DNA of 49,513 nucleotides from Octopus bimaculoides (lineage: Eukaryota). The notes under the pieces are model-generated. The model did not search any database, was not told the DNA's origin, and was given only the letters and a program-made list of their open reading frames with translations. Of this stretch, positions 38,297 to 49,513 are shown piece by piece (the first letter of the stretch is position 1; every line of letters begins with the position of its first letter). The stretch lies in contig NC_068987.1 in assembly GCF_001194135.2 (NCBI RefSeq), forward strand, positions 95,129,310-95,178,822, written 5' to 3'. A program made the position numbers and the translations under genes.

Positions 38297-38739
38297 ATTT
38301 TAGTATTAATTCGTAATTTTATACTTATAAGAGAGGGTACACGAATTACCAACTTCCTAGAAATAAGAGTTAAAATCCTTAAACAGTCCACTATCTCACT
38401 GAAAAGACAGCGAAACAACAGAAATCGGGCAATCGAGCAAAGAAATTTAATATAGAAATTCAGCTGAGAGCTGTAGAATGAAGTAATAGATATACCTGTA
38501 TCATGATTTCGAAATTTGGTTTATTCGTTGATACTCTTTAGCTGGTCTTATTAAATACCTAGTGTTAAAAAACCTACTCGCCTCGTTGTGTCCGTTAAGC
38601 GCTGAACAACCTCGCGCCAAATTCAAAACAATTTCATTGTATAATATATATAAATGAGTAAATATTCAAATCAATATTCATATAGATATCATCATCATCA
38701 TCATCATCATCATTATTATCATTATTATTATCATTATTA

Positions 38740-38777
<38 letters not shown>

Positions 38778-39089
38778 AGCAGTAAGACCTGCTGTAATCG
38801 TGATACAAGTATATCAATTACCACATTATACAACTTTCAACTGAGTTGTGTTAAATTTCTTTGCTCTTTTGCCCGATTACTCTTGATCCGTTATGTTTTT
38901 CAGTGACATAGTGACTTGTTTGACGATTTTAACTCTTATTTCTAGCAAGCTGGTATTTCGTGTTCCTTCTATTATAATTATAAATTAATTATAAAATTTT
39001 ATTGTTTAGCCGTTTAACGGCATTATTGCTTGATTGCCACTAATATTATTGTTTTCAGTATTATTAACTACTTATATATTTACTTCTAA

Positions 39090-39119
39090 TAACAACGACA
39101 ACAACAATAATAATAATAA

Positions 39120-39183
<64 letters not shown>

Positions 39184-39200
39184 GTTTCTTNNNNNNNNNN

Positions 39201-39251
<51 letters not shown>

Positions 39252-39252
39252 T
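39090..39252. repeat. (AAT)n microsatellite around a 10-N gap
   Basis: Visible. Confidence 0.95.
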
Positions 39253-40039
39253 CTATATGAATATTCATTTGAATATTTACTCATTTATATATACATAATT
39301 ATTACCTATACGGTATTTTTTTTGTATGCTGGCAACTTGTTATGATCATTATTCTAAATAATGGGCTTATCCTTTATATAATTATAAAACTTGCGTGTTA
39401 GGAAGGTCACAAAAAGGGGCGTATATATTTATGAAAGGAAGCTTTTTGATTGGTAGTCAGTGTGACACATGCCTTAAACTTTACTGATATATTTTAGAAA
39501 TGACTAAAAAAAAATTACTCTTTTAAGTTACACATATCTTAATTCTAGTTGTCGAAATAAAGTTGGTGTTTAAATTGTGAGCAATGAAACCCAAACATTC
39601 AAAAGATAATGCTGAAAGCAAAGAACTAAACGACAAAAGGAAACAATACAAAAAAGCAATAAAGATAGTTGCAAACTCCCATCTCTGCCCCAAACACGAG
39701 TTTTAATGTTGAGCTATTTAGTTGTCCGTCTCATTTTACAGTTCATTCTTTGATAACTTAATTGGATTTTACTTGAATCTTTATGTATTGCCATCGAAAA
39801 TATTTCCTTTTATGGAAATGAAAATAGAGAAGGAGAAAGATGACAGAACGATACACGAGAGGAAAGAGAGAAGAGCAAAGATAAGAGAACGATACATGAG
39901 AGAGAATTACCACGACGAATAATTTTTGCCACGTATTTTAATTAACTTAAATTTTGAAAGTTAATTTGATTCCGCAATTTTTTCAGTCTAAATAATAAAC
40001 GTTCTTCCATATATGTGTAATACTTTCCGTTTTTATGTA

Positions 40040-40102
<63 letters not shown>

Positions 40103-40385
40103 GATATTTTACTTCTTACTATTGCTGATGTGTGGGTTTCCTTCCAAGTGCTAGATTCTAAACATTTCTCTTAACCAAAAATGGGGAATTAAATAAAATA
40201 AACTAAATTTTTATAGACAGATACATTTAAATAATCACACATCGGTGTATAGTACAAATTATTTCATGGGAATTTACATTTAACATACGCAGTTTTTAAA
40301 TGTAACATACATAATACATATATACATACAGAGACACATGTATATATACATATGTATGCATACATACATATACATACATACATGC

Positions 40386-40417
<32 letters not shown>

Positions 40418-41172
40418 GTATATATNNNNNNNNNNNNNNNNNNNNNNNNNNNNNNNNNNNNNNNNNNNNNNNNNNNNNNNNNNNNNNNNNNNNNNNNNNN
40501 NNNNNNNNNNNNNNNNNNNNNNNNNNNNNNNNNNNNNNNNNNNNNNNNTATATATATATCAGGGATGATGATGGTAAAACTAACAGAATGCTATGAGCAG
40601 CAACGATAAGAAAGCATCAACAAGACTGAAACAATAAAATAATACAATGTATATTATTGAGTTGCTGCTTTTAAGTTTCTGCAGAATTCGTGACCTGCCC
40701 TCGTGTTGTGGAATTACATGGCTGTTGGTTCAAAACAAAAGCGAAACAACACTTAGATGAAGGAAAAATGAAAGAGAACTTCATGTTTCACACGAAAATA
40801 TTAAAAACGATACAAGACGATAAGAAATAAAAAAAAAGAAAAGACTACAATGTAAAAACGCAAAACACCGTTCATGCTTTTGATGGTATTTCACTTGCTT
40901 GTGTGGAAGATATCGTGATAAGAGAACTGGATAATTGTTGGTGGGGGCGGCTTTTTGAACACACGCATTTTTGTAACTACAACCAACCTGTAAGTATATC
41001 ATTCATTGCTGGATGAACCCGAAACGATTTGGTAACTACAAAACTATTCTGCATTCACAAAACACATACTTGCACAAACACTCGCAGAAAAAGTGAAGCC
41101 GTAAAATAATTTCATATATATGTGTGTGTATGTGTTTGTGTGTGTGTGAGTGTGTGTGTATATGTATGACGT

Positions 41173-41215
<43 letters not shown>

Positions 41216-42339
41216 NNNNNNNNNNNNNNNNNNNNNNNNNNNNNNNNNNNNNNNNNNNNNNNNNNNNNNNNNNNNNNNNNNNNNNNNNNNNNNNNNNNNN
41301 NNNNNNNNNNNNNNNNNNNNNNNNNNNNNNNNNNNNNNNNNNNNNNNNNNNNNNNNNNNNNNNNNNNNNNNNNNNNNNNNNNNNNNNNNNNNNNNNNNNN
41401 NNNNNNNNNNNNNNNNNNNNNNNNNNNNNNNNNNNNNNNNNNNNNNNNNNNNNNNNNNNNNNNNNNNNNNNNNNNNNNNNNNNNNNNNNNNNNNNNNNNN
41501 NNNNNNNNNNNNNNNNNNNNNNNNNNNNNNNNNNNNNNNNNNNNNNNNNNNNNNNNNNNNNNNNNNNNNNNNNNNNNNNNNNNNNNNNNNNNNNNNNNNN
41601 NNNNNNNNNNNNNNNNNNNNNNNNNNNNNNNNNNNNNNNNNNNNNNNNNNNNNNNNNNNNNNNNNNNNNNNNNNNNNNNNNNNNNNNNNNNNNNNNNNNN
41701 NNNNNNNNNNNNNNNNNNNNNNNNNNNNNNNNNNNNNNNNNNNNNNNNNNNNNNNNNNNNNNNNNNNNNNNNNNNNNNNNNNNNNNNNNNNNNNNNNNNN
41801 NNNNNNNNNNNNNNNNNNNNNNNNNNNNNNNNNNNNNNNNNNNNNNNNNNNNNNNNNNNNNNNNNNNNNNNNNNNNNNNNNNNNNNNNNNNNNNNNNNNN
41901 NNNNNNNNNNNNNNNNNNNNNNNNNNNNNNNNNNNNNNNNNNNNNNNNNNNNNNNNNNNNNNNNNNNNNNNNNNNNNNNNNNNNNNNNNNNNNNNNNNNN
42001 NNNNNNNNNNNNNNNNNNNNNNNNNNNNNNNNNNNNNNNNNNGAGGTTAGGGAGACAGACAGAGAACATCCTGCGTTAGCCACACCCTTGAAGCTAATAA
42101 TTAAAATCTCAAAGAAGACTCTGCCTTTCACTGATTTGATTTGTTTTTTTTTTAATTTAGATTTATAGACTATCATATCAAACCTTGTATATCTAAAACT
42201 TAAGAGAATAAAGGGCATTATCTATTAGGGTTAGGGGTGAGAGAGCAGACAGAAATCATGGTTAGTATAGTCATAAACTCATGAGGTTTGGTAAACGAAA
42301 ACTTAAAACAAGATGTTGGCTGACAACTAAGGGGTCTCC

Positions 42340-43360
42340 CACCAGCAGACCATTATCAATGGTCTGCTGGTGTCTCAAACTATTGACGAGTATTCTTTGC
42401 TGTATGATATAGAGCGTTGTCCTGTTGAAAGATAACACTATTTTCCGACACTCCGGGAGGCAGTTTAGCAATTGATGGCTCTAAAACGTCCGATAACATG
42501 GAAACATGGGTAGCTGAATTCATCCTTCCCTGACATAAAAACATTTCTCCGGGTCCTGTGGCAGACATGCAGGCCCATGCCATGATAGAACAACCCCCAT
42601 GTTTTACGGTTGGTACCAGACACTCAGCCTTAAATGCTTCCCTAAGTCTGCGAGGCATGAACGTTGCACCAGATGTACCGAAAACCTGAGTAAAAACATG
42701 AAAAACATTAGCTTTATGTTGGATACTTTTTATATATTTTGAGCAACAAACCATTTACATTAAATTTATATACTGATTGAATATATGTACTACCTTAGCT
42801 CATGGTTACTTTCATCAGACCATATAACTTTCCACCATTGCTCACTGGTCCAATCTGAGTTGTTTTTGGCCCACTGAAGACATTTTTCCATATTCGCTTT
42901 AGAAACCCATAGCTTCTTCCTGACTTTACAATTCTCTTTTGACAGTTCTGGTTGATATTAATGAAGTACTAGCCTCGTTGAAGTCCGGACAGAGCTCCGA
43001 CGATGTTTTTCTCCTGTTTCTGAGCTACTGACAGATGAAGGATCTGTCGTCACGCGGTGATGTAAATTTTTTCTACCTTTTTTTTTTTTTTTTGTATTGT
43101 CTTCACATCTTTTGTCTCTCTGAAGCGATTGAGAGTCGTTTGCACCGCACATCGGGAACATTTCATCTTCTGAGCAATTTGCCTTTGAGCCATTCCATCA
43201 TCATGATGAGTTACGATTTGACCTCGCTCACACTCACTCAACTCCCTTGTTTTAAGCATTTTAATGTTTATTAATTGTATCTACAACGTATTTTAGCATT
43301 TTAAAAAACTGAAATAATCAAGGAAACATAAGTTAATTTTGGACGATGGTCATACACATA
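42340..43360 (-). mobile_element. Tc1-family transposon remnant whose transposase pseudogene is interrupted by a putative intron
   Basis: Minus strand gives MLKTRELSECERGQIV...CSRCAVQTTLNRFRET (HTH), NRRKTSSEL, CLQWAK...WWKVIWSDESNHE | VFGTSG...PTVKHGGCSIMAWACMS...FQQDNALYHTAK. The first two catalytic Asp motifs are present. The C-terminus and 3' TIR are missing. Confidence 0.92.
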
Positions 43361-43649
43361 ATCGGTTGCATATCTACAGTACAGTATAAAAGCGGTAATT
43401 GACGCTAAAGGAAGGTCAACCAGATATTAAAACTAAAGTATATTGTGAAATATACCATAATCTACCATGTGCACGAGTTTCAGAAAGCCTTGGCGTTGTT
43501 GTCTCATTTTATTTAACGTATACATGCTCATACAAGACCCGCTTTAGATTCCTCACCCGTATTATTGTCGACCTCAGAGTTTAACAAAATTCTTTCCATC
43601 GCACTTACATAGCCTTACTTACCACCTTGGGTCTTCTGGATACCAATAC

Positions 43650-43680
<31 letters not shown>

Positions 43681-43962
43681 GCATATAAATGTATGTATAT
43701 GTGTATGTGTGTATGTGTGTGTATGTGTGTGTGTGTGAGTGTCTGTCTGTGTGTCTGTTTGTGTTTGTGTCTGTGTGTACATATGCTTGTATCGACTCAC
43801 GACATCCAAGTTTCAACGAAATCCATAGAAACACACATTGGACCCTTGAGAATAAACGAATCTATTTGATTAACAAATGCAGCCCAGGAGGTAATAACAG
43901 ATCTGAATAGCACGAAGGTAATTGGATACTATAGTAATTCGAACCTACTCTTCACACACACG

Positions 43963-44035
<73 letters not shown>

Positions 44036-44939
44036 GCACAAACATAGACAACCAAGCAGCAGAGTCATTAACTATCATCACTTTTTCTCCCTCCCAAAAT
44101 TTCCACAAGAAAGGGTCTGACCTCTGCCGAAGTAAATACTGCCTGAAACACAACACTGTACCAAACACTATTAAAAAAATACTTACCTACCTGAATGCTT
44201 TGACCTGGATGATTTTTAAAAACTGCCATAAATTCATTTACATATTCACCATTAAGAAAGTCATAAGGCATTTCCATGTACAAGCTAGCCAATACAAACT
44301 AACGATCTCTAATCCAAAAATCGAATTTGAATGACTTCCTAACATATCATTTTTACATTTGCATAATTAACGGTTGCTACCACAAACGCGTCGGTCATCA
44401 TAAGTTGGATTCGAAATAATTACTACTGCACCAATTCTTTCTATCACAGTTTTTATAAAACTGATAATTGTAACGCCAACACCACCATTTACACTAACTT
44501 GACAGGCACACAGCCTCCAACAAAACATCACTGATTTAACATGAGCAATGGAAATAAACTTTGATCTTGCTACTATGGCATACGATGACAACATTGAGAT
44601 TCCCACTGCTGGTTATAGCAATCCACAGGTCACAGCTTTACCTGGTACCCTATGAAACAAGGAAATACATCTATGAATTCTAGGTCTAAAATCCGTTTTA
44701 CGTCCGATTTAATGTGAAACTAAAGCTTGATATAAAAACTAATTTTTCAGAACTTACCAACTAAAATAGATGTCGGTTCTGCAGTCTGACTCCTCATCCT
44801 CCACTAACACTGAGTCTAGTTCCACATCTGCTATGACAACTAGACTATTCCCCACCTACCACCAAGGCAACTCACTCCTCCCCGTCCTTCGAAACCCGAT
44901 CTTTGCATGAGGCAATGAGATCTGGCACTGCTCCTGGAG

Positions 44940-46413
44940 TGTTGACTGCGGGAATGGCGCTCAACAATCAACTCGAGGCTAGACACAAGAGTCGCAGAGT
45001 CAAAGCGAAGATACGTACAATGCGCCAAGAGGGTATCAACTCCGTCGGATGGGCTCGTGTTGTTGAGTCTCAGTGAGGCAATAATTCCACATTTAAGGTC
45101 TTTGACGAACCAAAAGGGACAAACGGTAACTGAACTCGAGGAGATGTGTACGGCCTTACATGAGCATTTCGCCGGACAGTTTCGGGGGCGGTGCGATGGG
45201 CCAGAGTGTAGGGAGGGTCTCGTGGACTTCCTCGTCGGTCTACCGGGGACAGGTCGCCGAGTCGCGATGGTCTCCCCTGTGAATCATATTATACTATGCC
45301 AGACTTGTTTTGGTACCTGCTGGCCTGTGTCTTCAATAACTGGCAGCAGAACGGGAGTATTCCTGCGTCTATGAGCCAGGGAGTGATGGTACTGACCAGG
45401 AAGGACCCAAATAAAGGGGACGTAATTGACAACTTTAGGCCCATCACTCTGCTTAAAGCAGAGTTGAAAATTCAGGTCAAGATATTAGCAAAAAAGGTTT
45501 GCGAAAGACGTGGATGGTATCGTTGGGGAGGCGCCATCCCCAGTAGGTCTATACACGATAATCTCCACTTTATACGCTATACTTAGAAAGGGTAAATAGG
45601 ATTCCTGGAAAGAGTAGGGCGTTGGTCCATTTAGACCAATCCAAGGCCTTTGATAGGATAGACTATCGGTATCTGGTGGCGGTCCTCGAGGCGGCCGGTT
45701 TTGGCCCGACATTCCGCTGCTGGATCAACGCTTTATATAGCAACATTAAGTCTGTAGTTCGGGTGAACGTTTTCTTTTCGGAACCGTTCAATATCGAACG
45801 CTCGGGTCGTCAAGGTTGTCCAGTCTCACCTCTGCTGTATGTATTGGCTCTTGTGCCACGACTGCGAAGACTAAGAGACGACAAGTGGAGACCCGCAAGA
45901 TTTAGGGTATGGAAAATCAGTCACAGCGTATGCGGACGATGTCGCTGTCATCGTATCCATGGACCAGGACGTACAGAGGATAGGTGAGGCCCTAAAGGAT
46001 TGTGAATCGGTGGCAGGAATAAGAATTAACTGAGATAAGTCGGTCGGCTTACAGCTCGGCACCTGGAAAGTCAAAGACGCCGTCCAATCAACGTCGTCGG
46101 ACGCTGGACAGACTGTCCGGTGAAAATGCTTGGAGTCTGGTTTCGTCCAGACCTCCAGATAGAAAAGAATTGGAGCGAGGTTACAGGCAAGGTGGCGTCC
46201 ATAACTCAGACCTTGTCGAAGTACGAAGTAAACGGTTCAACACAGGAATGTGGTTGGTGGGATCAAACTCATTCCGCGTCCGTTCATTCTTTCATGTTCA
46301 TCAGAAATAATATGTATTCATTCAGTATATGTAATCTCATCCAATAAGTCCCCGGACACCTATTTGTCCCGTGTACTGTCCTCTCTTTGTTTAACCCTTG
46401 TGGTTTGAATAAA
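44940..46413 (+). mobile_element. L1/Tx1-like LINE fragment 3 (RT domain, deleted C-terminus, 3' UTR)
   Basis: Translates to FRPITLLKAELKI, HLDQSKAFDRIDY, SGRQGCPVSPLLYVLAL, TAYADDV (YADD at 45929-45940) and KMLGVWF. The 3' tail CCCTTGTGG...AATAAA is at about 46395-46413. Frameshifts and stops are present. Confidence 0.9.
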
Positions 46414-46599
46414 ATCATCGTGCTAGTTCCACAGTTCGTATGTTGATAGTTCAAAGCTGGAGTTCAAAGTTCACAGTTCGAGTTACCGTGTTGTATTGTT
46501 GTTAGGTTACGCGTGGTTACTGCTGTTAGTTCCCATTATATTGTTATTACACTGTTGCAGAGTTTTCGTTTATCCATAAGGATATAACAGCATGAAAGA

Positions 46600-47080
46600 A
46601 ACGATTCTATCCCAGAATGTCGGGAAAATATATTCATTGGAAAACTGGCTTATCCCGGCAAAAAACAGCAGCATCCGCATGTCTTCATAATTTTCTTTAT
46701 TCAAAAACGGTAATGATGTTATAGTATTTGAAAATATTTACGGTGATTTTGACAACAAAAATTGAATAACCCGCCAAAAGTTGTTACTATTCTTTCTAAA
46801 TGGTGCAGTGAATGGTAAAGGTGGACGAGCTTTTAAAATGATATACGAATCCTTTGTAACGATTATCCATACAAATGGCACGATCATTTTCAAAATGTAT
46901 TGTACTTCTCATCGGAATATTACTTTCGATCAACTTTTCATTTCTTCATAAATAACCAAACCCACACTTCTTGAAAATCAGCAACTTTTCCATCAGTTCG
47001 TTTCAAGAATCTCTCAAAAATGTTAAGAATATCGTTGTTATCGAGTAAGCTTGTTTCATCAGATTGTATGGAGAACTTCT
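46600..47080 (-). mobile_element. hAT (Buster/Charlie-like) transposase remnant
   Basis: Minus strand gives SIQSDETSLLDNN (compare LQLDEST..DN), GLVIYEEMK, then SNIPMRSTIHFENDRAICMDNRYKGFVYHFKSSSTFTIHC (compare NIP...TDGA..M.GRY.GF..HLK......IHC). Confidence 0.6.
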
Positions 47081-47599
47081 TTGATTGAACAGTATTGACT
47101 GTTCCGGAAATAGTAGATTTATTTGAAAAAACTAATTTCGATATCTGGTATATTTATACAATTACGGATAATGTTTTTGGCAAATTACATGAAGAATTAA
47201 TTTGTACAGAATCTTCGTTCCTTTTGAGTTGGTATGGTAACATTTCAATGAGATTTGGCTGCTAATTCTAACAGGTTGATGAAGACTTAGAAGCACTTCT
47301 TTAATAAATTATAAACATTTCAAACTGCTTGCCTTCCATACAGTTTATCTATATTTCAGTTAATGGCATCCATAACGTAATTACCATTAGTTCGAAGAAG
47401 CTAATAGCTTTCTAACATCATACATACACAGAAATACATGCGAGTGTTTGCCATACAATAATCGTAGCGTGAAGTTGACACGAGATAGAATACTTGTATG
47501 AAATACATTAATTATTTATGAACACTAATATCTTTGATTTCGACATATTTGTATACTTTAAAATGTATGCGTCTTCAGAGTCTTGTATACATATCCTTG

Positions 47600-48850
47600 A
47601 AATACTACGGTAATTTTAGGTATCCACACGCTTTCAATAGTACTTCAAGTGCTTAAGGCCCTCCTGAAAATCTTTCCTGCCCCTGAGAGGCAAACCTTCT
47701 GTAGAAGCTCTAGAAGACATTCTATTCCAGTAACCGTCAACCATTTCTTTATATCTTTACTTGCAGCTCCCAATGCATCAATTATTACTAGCACAACTTT
47801 TACAGCTTTCATACTCCAAATTCTTACAATTTCAAATTTCAAGGGATTATATTTTTTTTCATCCTCCCTTTTTTTTTTCACAATCCTGGAATTAAAGGGA
47901 CATGATGGATCAATTAGCAAGCACCTTCGTTTTTCCTTTTCTATTATTGTTATGTCTGGTCTGTTATCTTTTAGCTTCTTATCGGTTTGGATAGGAAAAT
48001 AACACAAAATTTTACATTCCTCCGACTCCAGTAGACTATTATTATAGAGTGAGAGAGCAGTGTATGCCATCAAAGTGGCACTGGGATACAAATATACGAA
48101 GCCAAATATACCCATCATGACTACCCGTCTGATTAAAGTACCTCAGATACAGGCATCACAACCACATTTATGTGAAATGGTGATCTCATATCAAGATAAA
48201 CAGCACAAGTGGGGCCTTGTTAGAATTTTCTCCTGATTGAGTAGCCCATCTCGCTTAAAATGTCCCAAAATAATGGTTATTTAAGGATGATGAATGAAAG
48301 CCCCTTCTTTCCAGAGGTGGATTATTCAAATCCCAAAGAATTCCTCTCAATACATGGTTATGGTGCTTTCCCACAACTCATACTCGTGGTTAAAGATGCA
48401 CATATTGTCAGCCACTTTCTAGTTTTCTTGTTAACTTTCTCTATATTGTTTTTGGGCCAGTCTTTAATTCCAACTCCATATCTGATTAAGGGTACTGTTC
48501 TTGAATTTATTGTTTCAATAAGATTTTTGGAATTCAGCTTTGACTGCAATAATTTTCTCATTTTCCTTGTGTACCTTCTACTGGTAATTTGTTTCATTCC
48601 TTAAATATTTTTGTTTCGTCTGCTACCAGTATTCCCAAGTACTTATACCACTCTCCTTTCTCAACCGCTCTCATTGTCTATTTGGCATTTCACCTCCCTG
48701 GCTTCTTTCAAGTCTTCCCCGTTTCATTTTCAAAATGGTGCACTTTTCTTTTTCCCAAATTCCGTACCTACGTCATTCGAGAAAATGCGGATTGTATGTA
48801 CAAGACTTTCAGGCTGTTTTTTATTTCTGTCATACATTTTTATAACCACT
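47600..48850 (-). mobile_element. R4/Dong-like RLE LINE, 5'-truncated just after the YMDD region, with internal deletions
   Basis: Minus strand gives SLVHTIRIFSNDVGTEFG, YKYLGIL, KLNSKNLIETINSRTVPLIRYG and TDKKLKDNRPDITII...LIDPSCPF...KYNPLKFEIVRIW...LQKVCLSGAGKIFRRALST. Confidence 0.9.
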
Positions 48851-49239
48851 ACAATTCACCATTCATCATGACGACGCCGACTATTTCTACCCCCACCATA
48901 ATCAGTACTACCACCACCACCACCACCACCACCTTCCTGCTAATACTACCGCCATTTCGAGCATTAACACCCCTACAACTACCACTATTATATTACAATC
49001 ATCATCAGAAGGTGTGACTGTTCCAGTAATATATACATGTAGATCTATTAATAAAAGTATTTAAAGATTTAATATCCATTTTCCGTTAATTTCAAAAAAA
49101 AATTAGAAAGAACATATAATCACATGAAATTCACACATACACACGCACACGAGTACACACTCACGCACACAAGAACACATGTACATACAATGACTCACTT
49201 TAACTACCATATTTCCATATACACATATACGCACGTATG

Positions 49240-49334
49240 TGTCGGTTTGTCTCTCTCTCTCTCTCTTTCTCTCTCTCTCCAACTTTAAATCAATCTATCT
49301 GTCTGTCTATCTATCTATTTATTTATCTATTTAT

Positions 49335-49383
<49 letters not shown>

Positions 49384-49513
49384 CATCTATCTATCTATCT
49401 TTCTATCTGTCTGCCTGTCTGTCTGTTTGTCTAGCTATCTATTTGTCTGTCTGTCTATCTGCCTATTTATCTCTAACGGTATATATAATATATATATATG
49501 CATATATATATAT
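49240..49513. repeat. (CT)n/(ATCT)n/(GTCT)n compound microsatellite
   Basis: Visible. Confidence 0.95.

Noticed and set aside
41009-41026. CTGGATGAACCCGAAACG, hammerhead-like wording
   Set aside because: Extra G in the core, no stem II partner for CCC and no stem I. Insufficient.

Overview
AT-rich, gapped eukaryotic scaffold. It has about 15 N-runs, most flanked by microsatellites, which is typical of a short-read assembly. The SINE families and the very high microsatellite density point to a coleoid cephalopod, probably Octopus; this is inferred from recalled repeat families, not from a search. I find no host protein-coding exon, rRNA, true tRNA gene or CRISPR array that I can support. Nearly all ORF-track entries are microsatellite or N-run translations. 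The window is a graveyard of decayed transposons: restriction-like-endonuclease (RLE, R4/Dong-type and related) LINE fragments, three L1/Tx1-like RT fragments, a CR1/L2-like fragment, a Penelope-like GIY-YIG fragment, two Tc1/mariner remnants, a hAT remnant, a gypsy-type LTR with PBS, a probable Helitron/HINE-like element and several tRNA-derived SINEs. Four observations stand out: (1) a near-perfect 215-bp inverted repeat enclosing a patchwork of old transposon pieces; (2) an apparent 113-bp spliceosomal intron inside a Tc1 transposase; (3) three degenerate hammerhead-ribozyme-like motifs, one with a pseudoknot-like pairing; (4) perfect 15-bp hairpins inside, or at the truncation point of, decayed elements. 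All protein and family calls come from manual translation and motif recognition, without database searches.
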